Shown here piece after piece: positions 24,702 through 32,000 of a stretch of 32,000 bases of DNA. Source of the stretch: an uncultured Opitutales bacterium (GTDB taxonomy: Bacteria > Verrucomicrobiota > Verrucomicrobiia > Opitutales > Intestinicryptomonadaceae). The notes beneath the pieces were generated by a model that saw only the letters and a list, made by a program, of their open reading frames with translations, had not been told where the DNA came from and did not search any database. The position numbers and the translations under genes were made by a program. The stretch lies in NCBI GenBank assembly GCA_934613415.1, contig CAKTSY010000003.1, forward strand, positions 120,001 to 152,000. Reading direction: 5' to 3'. Every line of letters starts with the position of its first letter. Positions within the stretch are counted from its first letter, which is position 1.

Positions 24702-24785
24702 AACAACACCTCTTTTGTAGTTGTAGGTAGAATAAAAATCCCGCATAACACAGTCAAGATTTTTGTGATATTTTTATATTTTATG
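24646..24785. repeat. 140-bp repeat, copy 2 (promoter + SD + signal-peptide coding start)
   Basis: It aligns to 21657-21795 at roughly 90% identity by manual alignment. Confidence 0.85.
24729..24785 (-). promoter_or_regulatory. Island promoter cassette, copy B
   Basis: On the minus strand: ATAAAAATATCACAAAAATC-TTGACT (24757-24752), 17 nt (gtgttatgcgggatttt), TATTCT (24734-24729). Confidence 0.5.
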
Positions 24786-24932
24786 AATTTTTTATAAACC
24801 AATAAATTGATTGTTTATATATTATACATTCTTATTTCATTGCAAATATAGCAAAAGAAATGCAGTAATAATTACCCGAAATTTACGCAATAATATATTG
24901 ACGACAAAAAATTGCCAATAAACTGTTCATAT

Positions 24933-25394
24933 ATGGTTTTTGCAAATTTAATTTGGCCTGCAATGTACATAAACGAAGGCTTTTCGGCATTATGGGTGGT
25001 TGCTTTTAGCGTAGTTATAGAAGCATATTTTTTCGACAAAGCGTTTTGCTGCAACTCGCTAAAAAAGTCGCTTACATTGTCGCTTATTGCAAATGCTACC
25101 ACCGCCATTTTGGGCATAACAAAAATTACGCCCTTTATTGCGCTAATACCCACTTTGCTGCACGATATGCTTATTAGGGCAACTTTTGCCCCGGCGGGCT
25201 GGCTTGCGGCAATTTTATTTTACCTATTTTTTAATTCCGCAATAGAATATTTTGCAGCCGGGGCATTTGCAAAATATGTTTTATATAAAAAAAGCGCGCA
25301 CCATTTTGCAAAACACCCCTATCTTTTGATTGTAGTTGCAAACTGCATAACATTTGCGCTTGCGGCCGTAGAAATAATAAAAAACCGAATATAG
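24933..25394 (+). CDS. Small integral membrane protein, unknown function
   Basis: This 153-aa product from ATG 24933 (the track starts at TTG 24912) has four to five hydrophobic segments. It is divergent from the island operon. I recognise no family. Confidence 0.5.
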   Translation: MVFANLIWPAMYINEGFSALWVVAFSVVIEAYFFDKAFCCNSLKKSLTLSLIANATTAILGITKITPFIALIPTLLHDMLIRATFAPAGWLAAILFYLFFNSAIEYFAAGAFAKYVLYKKSAHHFAKHPYLLIVVANCITFALAAVEIIKNRI

Positions 25395-25472
25395 GCACGC
25401 CCGATTAAGAAGCGCACGCCACACATAAAACAAAAAAACGCAGCCTGTTGGCCGCGTTCTACGAAAAATCAA

Positions 25473-25548
25473 TGGTGGAGCCGATGAGGTTCGAACTCAC
25501 GATCTCCAAAATGCGAATCTGGCGCTCTTCCAACTGAGCTACGGCCCC
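25473..25548 (-). tRNA. tRNA-Ala (anticodon CGC), CCA encoded
   Basis: The reverse complement is GGGGCCGTAGCTCAGTTGGAAGAGCGCCAGATTCGCATTTTGGAGATCGTGAGTTCGAACCTCATCGGCTCCACCA. It has a 7-bp acceptor stem with the G3-U70 Ala identity pair and the anticodon loop TTCGCAT. Confidence 0.9.
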
Positions 25549-25592
25549 ATTGAAGATTAAGACGAACCCTAATTCCGCCTTAAAAAAAATTA

Positions 25593-25666
25593 TCGGGCCG
25601 CCGAGGATCGAACTCGGGACCTCTTACACCCCATGCAAGCGCGCTACCAGACTGCGCTACGGCCCG
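25593..25666 (-). tRNA. tRNA-Pro (anticodon GGG)
   Basis: The reverse complement is CGGGCCGTAGCGCAGTCTGGTAGCGCGCTTGCATGGGGTGTAAGAGGTCCCGAGTTCGATCCTCGGCGGCCCGA. C1-G72 is typical of bacterial tRNA-Pro. The anticodon loop is ATGGGGT, and the cloverleaf adds up to 74 nt. Confidence 0.9.
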
Positions 25667-25819
25667 TAATTTTTATCCGACCTATACTGACTATTTTGCT
25701 TTATTATGCAAGCGAAAAGTTGAATTTTTTTATTTTTATGCGCAGTTTTGAATTTTTGAGCAAGACTAACTTCTTTTAAAACAGGCAAATACTGCAATTT
25801 GCGCACAAAAAACAGCCCC

Positions 25820-25858
25820 CTAAAAAAAACAAAAAGACCCCCTAAAAAGGAGGTCTTT
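25820..25858 (-). terminator. Rho-independent terminator after glgP
   Basis: The hairpin gaccccc...ggaggtc (25836-25855, one bulge) is followed on the minus strand by tttttgtttttttt. Confidence 0.55.
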
Positions 25859-25878
25859 GCCCATTTGGCGCTTGCAAA

Positions 25879-28362
25879 TTATATTAAATGCCAAATGTCT
25901 TTTGCGTATTCGCTAATTGTTCTGTCGGACGAGAACTTTGAGCAGCGCGCGGTGTTCAAAATAGCCATACGCGCCCACTTTTGCTTGTCCATATATGCAC
26001 GGCTTGCCTTGTCTTGCGCGTCGCAATAGGCCTTAAAGTCGGCACATACCATGAAGGGATCGCCCCAGTCGAGAATGGACTTGCGAACGGGCATTAAGGC
26101 GTACGGATTTTCGGGAACAAAATAGTCGGAAACCAGCCAATCTAAAACCGCCTTTAGCTCGGGGTCGCTATTATAGTAGCTATAGGGGTTGTAGCCGTTA
26201 GACTTAAGCTCCTGAACCTCTTCTACGGTTTTGCCGAATATGAAGATGTTGTCTTTGCCGACTTCTTCGAGAATTTCGACATTTGCGCCGTCTAAAGTGC
26301 CCATAGTTACCGCTCCGTTAAGGGCAAGCTTCATATTGCCGGTGCCCGAAGCCTCTTTGCCCGCGGTGGAAATCTGTTCCGACAAGTCGGCTGCGGGAAT
26401 GATATTCATTGCCAAAGTTACGCTGTAGTTGGGAATAAACACAACCTTTAGTTTGTCGCCAACACGCGGGTCGTTGTTTATAACGTCGGCAACCCTGTTT
26501 ATCGCAAAAATTATGTTCTTTGCAATATCGTAGCCCGGGGCCGCCTTTGCGCCGAATATGAACACGCGGGGAGCAACCTTTGCCGAGGGATTGTGCAGAA
26601 TGTCCTTATAAAGCTTTAATATGTGCAACAAGTTAAGGTGCTGCCTTTTATATTCGTGCAGCCTCTTTACCTGAACGTCGAACATGGCATCGCAATTAAG
26701 GTCTACCTTGCATAATTCCTTAACAATGCCCGCAAGCCTTTCCTTATTTTGGCGTTTAACGGCCATAAACTTTTCCTGGAACTGGACGTTGTCGGCAAAC
26801 TTTTCAAGCCCCTTTAGCAAGCCCAAATTTACCGGCCAAGTTTTGTTTTGCAAAGTTTCGTCTAGCAAAGACGACAACGCGGGATTTGCGGTTTTTATCC
26901 ATCTGCGCGGAGTTACGCCGTTTGTTTTGTTATTGAATTTTTCGGGCGTAATTTCGTAGAAGTCGCGCAATACGCTTTCCTTTAGCAATTCCGAGTGCAA
27001 AGCCGCAACCCCGTTTACGCTAAAGCTGCCCACAACAGCCAAATACGCCATTCTTACCATTTTCGGCGCGCCCTCTTCTATAATCGAAAGCCTGCTCTTT
27101 TTGTCGTTGTCGCCGGGGTATTTCTTTTCGACTTCGTCGAGCCACCTGCGGTTGATTTCGTATATAATCTGCAAATGGCGCGGCAATGTTCTTTGGAACA
27201 GGGGCACTGCCCACTTTTCTAGAGCTTCGGGCAACAAAGTGTGGTTGGTATATGCCATAACCTTTGTTACAATGCTCCAGGCGTAGTCCCAATCCAGCTT
27301 TTCTACATCTACAAAAAGCCTCATTAGCTCGGCAACGGCAATGGCCGGGTGCGTGTCGTTTAGCTGAATTACAGCCTTGTCGGCAAACTTGCTCCAATCG
27401 GTGCCGTTTGTCTTTTTAAACCTGCGTATAATGTCTTGCAGCGAGCTTGAAACAAAGAAGTATTGCTGAACCAAGCGCAAATACTTGCCGTTTTCGGTTT
27501 TATCGTTCGGGTACAACACCTTCGAGATTGTCTCTATTGTTGCCTTTTCGTGCACCGCTTCGGTATAGCCGCCGTTGTTGAATGCATGAAGGTCGAACTC
27601 GTTGCTTGCCTTCGATTCCCACAAGCGCAAGAAGTTTACGGTTTTAGCCCCGTAGCCTACAATTGGAACGTCCCAAGGAACGCTTAAAAATTCGACGCTG
27701 GGCTTCCATACAACCGACCAATCGCCCTTGTCGTTTACCATGCTTTCGACATGCCCGCCCAAACCGATTTTCATTGTATATTCGGGGCGAACAAAACCCC
27801 ACGGGCTGCCGTATCTGAGCCAGTTGTCGGGAGACTCTGTCTGTCTGCCGTTTTCGAAGCTTTGGCGAAACAGTCCGAATTCGTACCTAATGCCGTAGCC
27901 TATCGCGGGCAAGTCTAAAGTTGCAAGCGAGTCTAAGAAGCACGCCGCAAGCCTACCCAAACCGCCGTTGCCAAGCCCCATGTCTACTTCCGACCTTACA
28001 ACTTCGTCGAAATTAAGGCCAAGCTCTTTATAGGCTTTGTCTACCGCGCTTTTAATGCCCAAATTGTTTATGGTGTCTTTTGTAAGACGCCCCATAAGGT
28101 ATTCCAAAGACAGATAGTAAACCCTCTTGCAGTTGCTGTTGTGCTGGTGTTTCATTGTCTCGATGAAACGACCCATCATTAAATCCCTAATGGCATAGGC
28201 TGTGGCAACCCACCAGTCGCGGCGCGTTGCAGTCATTTCCGACCTCGCAAGCGAGCGTTCCAAATGCCACAAAATGGCTTCCTTCATTTCCGACGCGGTT
28301 GTATGAGTATAAAATTTGCATTCAGGCACTTTAACCGTTGTTTTATTTTTTTCGCTTTTCAT
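25879..28362 (-). CDS. glgP: Glycogen/maltodextrin (alpha-glucan) phosphorylase
   Basis: This 827-aa protein has the PLP-site motif [15 protein letters not shown], plus [16 protein letters not shown] and NDTHPA motifs. Confidence 0.95.
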   Translation of the reverse strand: MKSEKNKTTVKVPECKFYTHTTASEMKEAILWHLERSLARSEMTATRRDWWVATAYAIRDLMMGRFIETMKHQHNSNCKRVYYLSLEYLMGRLTKDTINNLGIKSAVDKAYKELGLNFDEVVRSEVDMGLGNGGLGRLAACFLDSLATLDLPAIGYGIRYEFGLFRQSFENGRQTESPDNWLRYGSPWGFVRPEYTMKIGLGGHVESMVNDKGDWSVVWKPSVEFLSVPWDVPIVGYGAKTVNFLRLWESKASNEFDLHAFNNGGYTEAVHEKATIETISKVLYPNDKTENGKYLRLVQQYFFVSSSLQDIIRRFKKTNGTDWSKFADKAVIQLNDTHPAIAVAELMRLFVDVEKLDWDYAWSIVTKVMAYTNHTLLPEALEKWAVPLFQRTLPRHLQIIYEINRRWLDEVEKKYPGDNDKKSRLSIIEEGAPKMVRMAYLAVVGSFSVNGVAALHSELLKESVLRDFYEITPEKFNNKTNGVTPRRWIKTANPALSSLLDETLQNKTWPVNLGLLKGLEKFADNVQFQEKFMAVKRQNKERLAGIVKELCKVDLNCDAMFDVQVKRLHEYKRQHLNLLHILKLYKDILHNPSAKVAPRVFIFGAKAAPGYDIAKNIIFAINRVADVINNDPRVGDKLKVVFIPNYSVTLAMNIIPAADLSEQISTAGKEASGTGNMKLALNGAVTMGTLDGANVEILEEVGKDNIFIFGKTVEEVQELKSNGYNPYSYYNSDPELKAVLDWLVSDYFVPENPYALMPVRKSILDWGDPFMVCADFKAYCDAQDKASRAYMDKQKWARMAILNTARCSKFSSDRTISEYAKDIWHLI

Positions 28363-28412
28363 ATTTTTATAAAAAAAAAACAGTAAATAGACTTAAGCAA
28401 AAGCGAAAGCTT

Positions 28413-28440
28413 TTGACAAGCGCGGAATTGCATTTATAAA
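28413..28440 (+). promoter_or_regulatory. Candidate sigma70-type promoter for the rhomboid gene
   Basis: TTGACA (28413-28418) is followed by 16 nt and TATAAA (28435-28440). A TATAAT also occurs at about 28446. Confidence 0.3.
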
Positions 28441-28489
28441 AAACCTATAATTTTACGATTTTACGACCATATATACGCTTTCAAAAAAA

Positions 28490-29356
28490 ATGTTTTCCGA
28501 AAGACAATATTCAGGATTTGGCATTGGGCAAAAAAACGGGCATTTTAGCATTCTATATGCCATTATTCTCGTAAACATTGCGGCTTTTTTAATAGAGACC
28601 GTTCTTGAAAGGCTTTTTGCCACACAGTTTTTTAATTTGCTGCTTTCGCTTTCGCCCCAAAGCCTAAAAAACGGCGCAATTTGGGAGCTTTTTACATACA
28701 GCATTGTGCATGCAAACCTTACGCACATTTTGCTTAATATGCTTGGGCTGTATTTTGCCGGCAAGTGGGTAGAAAATACAACGGGAGGCAAAAACTTTGC
28801 GGCGCTATACCTGTTTGCCGTGCTTTTTGGCGCAGTTTTTTGGCTGTTTGGAGCGGCTTTTTCGCCGAGGGGGGCTTCCGAAATTCTATGCGGGGCTTCG
28901 GCCGGCGTTTTGGGCGTAGTTGCCGCATTTTGCATGCTGTACCCCAAAGATAAATACCTTACAGCCCTTGTGTTTTTTATATTGCCGATAAAAGTTAAGC
29001 CGAGGATTTTTCTCTATATAATTGTAGGCTACGAAGTTTTTGCGCTGTTAACAATGGAGCTTTCAAGCCCGTCGTACGACATTGCAAACTCAGCGCACAT
29101 AGGAGGAATCATAGCGGGCGTGCTTTTCGCGCTTTTGTATAAAAACAAAAGGCTAGATTTCGGCAAATTTTCAATAAGAACGCCCGAGCAAAAAATGCGC
29201 GCCGACGACTTTAACTTTGAACTAAACATTGTCGATACCGAAAAGTTGAAGGCCGAAGTAAACCGCATTTTGGACAAAGTGGCAAAAGAGGGATTCAATT
29301 CGCTTAGCCAAAGCGAGCGCGAAACGCTAAAAAGGGCAAAAGACTATATGGATTAG
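28490..29356 (+). CDS. Rhomboid family intramembrane serine protease
   Basis: It has HANLTHILLNMLGLYFAG, the catalytic Ser motif GASAGVLGVVAAF and the catalytic His in SAHIGGIIAGV, followed by a soluble C-terminal tail. Confidence 0.85.
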   Translation: MFSERQYSGFGIGQKNGHFSILYAIILVNIAAFLIETVLERLFATQFFNLLLSLSPQSLKNGAIWELFTYSIVHANLTHILLNMLGLYFAGKWVENTTGGKNFAALYLFAVLFGAVFWLFGAAFSPRGASEILCGASAGVLGVVAAFCMLYPKDKYLTALVFFILPIKVKPRIFLYIIVGYEVFALLTMELSSPSYDIANSAHIGGIIAGVLFALLYKNKRLDFGKFSIRTPEQKMRADDFNFELNIVDTEKLKAEVNRILDKVAKEGFNSLSQSERETLKRAKDYMD

Positions 29357-29417
29357 AACTTATGCCGTTTTATGGTGTCTTATAAACTTGTATATATATA
29401 AAGGATTTTTTACAGAT

Positions 29418-31652
29418 ATGAAAACGTTAAGGAAATTTCTGGTACTATTTGCACTGCTTTGGACGGCTTTGTTTACGGGGGCGGCGCAGTCGCCGATTAC
29501 GCTGCAAACAAGCCCGAAAATGCGCGAGGAAACCAAGTTTTTGGTATTTTGCATGGAAAGGGCGCATTTCGACAAAACCGCAATTCAGGATTTGGACCTG
29601 CGCGAATTTGTGCGCGAATATATGTCGAATTTAGACTTTATGCGCCTGTTCTTTTTGGCTGGAGACCTGCAGCACTATCAGGATTTGTTTGCCCCAACTG
29701 CCGACATCATGCTTCACCAAGGCACAATGCTGCCCGCCTTTACCATATACGACAAGTTTTTGGAAAGGGCAAAAAGCAGGCTTGCGTGGATAAAAGAAAG
29801 AATTAAAAAGCCCATAGACTTGTCGAACAAGGAAAGCTTTACCCCCGACCGCAGCAAGCAGGACTGGCCCGCAAGCACAGCCTCGGCCGACGCCCTTTGG
29901 GAAAAACGCCTTACTTTCGACATAGAAAACCAGATTTTAAGCTACGACAAACCCAAAAAGGAGAAGGACAAATCCGACGGCGAAACTTCGGCAAAAAAAG
30001 ACGAAGCCAAACCTATGACTTTTGAAGAAAAAGTCGAAAAGGCGAAGGCCGAAGTTTTAAAACGCTACGAAAAGATTGTGGAAAACGCCGAAAAGTCGGA
30101 CGCAATGGAAATTCAGGAGATATACCTGCACACCCTTTGCAGTATGTACGACCCGCATTCGGAATTTATGTCGGAATACTTCCTTGAAGAGTTCGACATT
30201 TCCATACGCAATTCGCTTGTGGGCATAGGCGCGGTTTTGCAAGACAAAGACGGCTATTGCACAATCAACGAGCTTATGGCAGGCGGCCCTGCCGAAAAGA
30301 GCAAAAAAATTAAAACGGGCGACAAGATTGTTGCCGTAAGCGACGCCAAAGGCGAGATGGTAGATGTAATAGGAATGAAGCTTCGCAAGGTTGTAAAGAT
30401 GATTAGAGGCGACAAAAACACAACCGTACGCCTTAAAATAGAACCGGCAAACAACACTTCGGCAGCCTACGAGATAAGCCTGGTAAGAGACGAAATAAAG
30501 CTTACAACCAAGCTGGCAAAGGCGGCGGTATATCAAATACCCTATCGCGACAGAACCATACCCATTGGCGTTATAGACTTGCCCGCTTTCTACGGCGAAA
30601 ACGAAACGCACGGGGCAAAGGGCTTTTCTACAACAAAAAATGTAGAGGAGCTTTTGCTTAAGCTGAAAGCGCAAAACGTTAAGGGCGTAATTTTAGACAT
30701 TCGCCGAAACGGCGGCGGCTTTTTAAACGAAGCCATAGACTTGGCTGGCTTGTTTATAAAAAAAGGCCCCGTTGTGCAGACAAAAGACACCGCAGGCCGC
30801 CAAAACGTTTTAAGCGACGAAAACCCGAAAGTTGTTTGGCAAGGGCCCTTAATTGTGCTAGTAAGCAAGTTGTCGGCGTCGTCATCGGAAATTTTGGCGG
30901 GGGCTTTAAAAGACCACAAGCGCGCCATAATTGTGGGCGACAAAAACACCTTCGGCAAAGGCACCGTACAAACCGTATACAACCTAAGCAACTTCGAGCC
31001 CGAATTGAAAAGCGCGGCAAAAATTACCGTGCAAAAATGGTACGCCCCCAACGGAGAATCCATACAGCTTAAGGGAATTGAATCGGACATAAGCTTCCCG
31101 TCGATATACGACGATATGAAGATAGACGAAGCCTCGAAAGACAATGCAATGAAGTGGGATTCGATAAAGAGCGTAGACGTTGGCGAAGTTTACAACTACG
31201 GAATAAACGCCGCAAACTCGAACGACCTAATCGCAAAATTGCGCTTCGAGTCGGAAAAACGCAGGCAAAATTCGAACGAATTTAAGTTCTATCAGGAGCG
31301 CGTAGACTGGTTTAAACAAAAGCAAAAACAAAAAAGCTATTCTTTGGATATAGACGAACGCAAAAGCCAAATGGAAAAAGACCAGGCCTTTTTGGACGAA
31401 AACGAAAAGCGCGAAAAGGAGTTTGTAAAAACAAACTACACCTTTACCGAAATTTTGCTAGACAGCGCAAAAGAGCTTGAAAAAGATACCCCAAAAAAGA
31501 AAAAGAAGCTCGACGACGACCTAAACGAGCTTGACGCCCTTGAAGAAGACGACGCCCCCGAGTTCGACGTTCAGCTAAGGGAGTCTTTACACATTATGTG
31601 CGATTGGATTAGCGAAATTGAATCGCAAAATTCGCAGGTAAAAACAAACTAA
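29418..31652 (+). CDS. prc: Tail-specific (C-terminal processing) protease, S41 family
   Basis: From ATG 29418 there is a signal peptide (MKTLRKFLVLFALLWTALFTGAAQ). It has a PDZ-like segment (GIGAVLQDKDGYCTINELMAGGPAEKS), a catalytic Ser region (SKLSASSSEILAGALKD) and a Lys region (TFGKGTVQ), then a long acidic/basic C-terminal extension. Confidence 0.9.
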   Translation: MKTLRKFLVLFALLWTALFTGAAQSPITLQTSPKMREETKFLVFCMERAHFDKTAIQDLDLREFVREYMSNLDFMRLFFLAGDLQHYQDLFAPTADIMLHQGTMLPAFTIYDKFLERAKSRLAWIKERIKKPIDLSNKESFTPDRSKQDWPASTASADALWEKRLTFDIENQILSYDKPKKEKDKSDGETSAKKDEAKPMTFEEKVEKAKAEVLKRYEKIVENAEKSDAMEIQEIYLHTLCSMYDPHSEFMSEYFLEEFDISIRNSLVGIGAVLQDKDGYCTINELMAGGPAEKSKKIKTGDKIVAVSDAKGEMVDVIGMKLRKVVKMIRGDKNTTVRLKIEPANNTSAAYEISLVRDEIKLTTKLAKAAVYQIPYRDRTIPIGVIDLPAFYGENETHGAKGFSTTKNVEELLLKLKAQNVKGVILDIRRNGGGFLNEAIDLAGLFIKKGPVVQTKDTAGRQNVLSDENPKVVWQGPLIVLVSKLSASSSEILAGALKDHKRAIIVGDKNTFGKGTVQTVYNLSNFEPELKSAAKITVQKWYAPNGESIQLKGIESDISFPSIYDDMKIDEASKDNAMKWDSIKSVDVGEVYNYGINAANSNDLIAKLRFESEKRRQNSNEFKFYQERVDWFKQKQKQKSYSLDIDERKSQMEKDQAFLDENEKREKEFVKTNYTFTEILLDSAKELEKDTPKKKKKLDDDLNELDALEEDDAPEFDVQLRESLHIMCDWISEIESQNSQVKTN

Positions 31653-31721
31653 AAAGCTAAAAAGGCAAAATAAGAAAGGCTGCATTTTATGTGGCCTTTT
31701 TTATTGCTCGCAATATTCCAC

Positions 31722-31765
31722 AAAAAAACGGCGCAATTTTTAAACTGCGCCGCTTTTTGTTTTTG
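31722..31765. terminator. Bidirectional rho-independent terminator between prc (+) and argG (-)
   Basis: The stem cggcgca (31729-31735) pairs with tgcgccg (31746-31752). It is flanked by A7 upstream and TTTTTGTTTTT downstream. Confidence 0.6.
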
Positions 31766-31779
31766 TTGTAAAGAAAATG

Positions 31780-32000
31780 CTACTTTACGATTTTCGACTT
31801 CGAGGCAACTTTTGCGCCCTTTTGCCTTAAGGCTCTTTCGCGGAGTCTTAATGCCTGCAGGTGTATAAAGCCTGTTGCGTCGTCTTGGTTATAGTCGCTC
31901 TTTACGCCTTCCATGCTTGCAATCTTGTCGTCGTACAAGCTGTAGGGGCTCTTTCTGCCGACGCAGATTACCGAGCCTTTGTAGAGCTTTAGGCGAACTG
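31780..32000 (-). CDS. argG: Argininosuccinate synthase, C-terminal fragment (gene runs off the right edge)
   Basis: Manual minus-strand translation gives ...[61 protein letters not shown]...VK*. The LKLYKG..., GR.SP.SLY and Y.Q.DA.GFI..L..LRLR pattern is the conserved ArgG C-terminus. Confidence 0.7.
   Translation of the reverse strand, partial: VRLKLYKGSVICVGRKSPYSLYDDKIASMEGVKSDYNQDDATGFIHLQALRLRERALRQKGAKVASKSKIVK

Noticed and set aside
21657-24785. Repeated sequences could be a CRISPR array or MITE.
   Set aside because: There are only two long copies, 3 kb apart, with no short regular repeat-spacer periodicity and no terminal inverted repeats. The content reads as promoter, SD and ORF start.
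19130-24797. Plus-strand ORFs 19130-19423, 21556-21912 and 24528-24797 share the conserved peptide ...NTSFVVVG(K/R)IKI(S/P)HNTVKIFVIFLY...
   Set aside because: The shared peptide is simply the translation of the repeated promoter cassette read on the wrong strand. The N-terminal parts are antisense to minus-strand gene starts and are R/K-rich junk. The substitutions between copies (about 3 synonymous and 3 nonsynonymous) show no coding signature.
24872-25153. A 93-aa minus-strand ORF overlapping the 24933-25394 membrane protein gene.
   Set aside because: The plus-strand product has coherent TM-segment periodicity. The minus ORF has neither a signal nor a start context and no link to the cassette.
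14953-25666. The island could be a classical tRNA-integrated genomic island, prophage or ICE.
   Set aside because: I could identify no integrase, recombinase, transposase or phage gene. No duplicate of the tRNA-Leu 3' end (ggttcaagtcccttcccgag) is visible at the far boundary. The 14-nt direct repeat gctttgcattgctt (15081-15094 and 15134-15147) is not tRNA-derived and both copies lie on the same side. The tRNA-flanked position is noted, but an integration mechanism is not supported.
28453-28953. Minus-strand ORFs of 164 and 64 aa, and a 62-aa plus-strand out-of-frame ORF, overlapping the rhomboid gene.
   Set aside because: The minus-strand ORFs are antisense and the plus-strand ORF is out of frame relative to a gene with clear rhomboid catalytic motifs. 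Their composition is Pro/Lys/Ala/Arg-rich without structure.
30057-31144. Minus-strand ORFs of 205, 184, 88 and 67 aa inside the S41 protease gene.
   Set aside because: They are shadow ORFs antisense to a well-supported 744-aa protease gene.

Overview
This is a bacterial chromosomal window with Gram-negative-type envelope genes; I cannot assign a taxon from the sequence alone. Two housekeeping blocks flank a low-GC accessory island of about 9.7 kb. Left block (1-15.07 kb): a U32 peptidase fragment, a TSUP/TauE permease, a hexapeptide-repeat transferase, elbB, a minus-strand tonB-exbD-exbB cluster, a translationally coupled acyP / ABC ATPase / ABC-2 permease / TPR membrane protein operon, single-chain purL, rplM-rpsI, a META-domain lipoprotein, rpoZ, smpB, trmL and tRNA-Leu(CAA). 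Right block (24.9-32 kb): a small membrane protein, tRNA-Ala(CGC), tRNA-Pro(GGG), glgP, a rhomboid protease, an S41 tail-specific protease and the 3' end of argG. The island (about 15.07-24.8 kb) lies between the tRNA genes. It carries about ten minus-strand ORFs and almost all start with signal-peptide-like segments. I recognise few families with any confidence: one DUF1573-like protein, one HExxH Cys-rich small protein, and YD-repeat-like proteins. The most notable observation is that the island forms four transcription units, each headed by a copy of the same promoter-like cassette (conserved A/T-rich upstream motif, TTGAC(T/C), 17 nt, TATT(C/T)T). Two of the copies sit in a roughly 140-bp, roughly 90%-identical repeat that also carries a Shine-Dalgarno site and the signal-peptide coding part of a tiny ORF. 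That ORF is intact in one copy (a 51-aa prepeptide with an acidic, Cys-containing mature part, tightly coupled to three exported proteins) and decayed in the other. I saw no CRISPR array, transposase, integrase or rRNA. All family calls come from reading the translations by eye; no database search was run.
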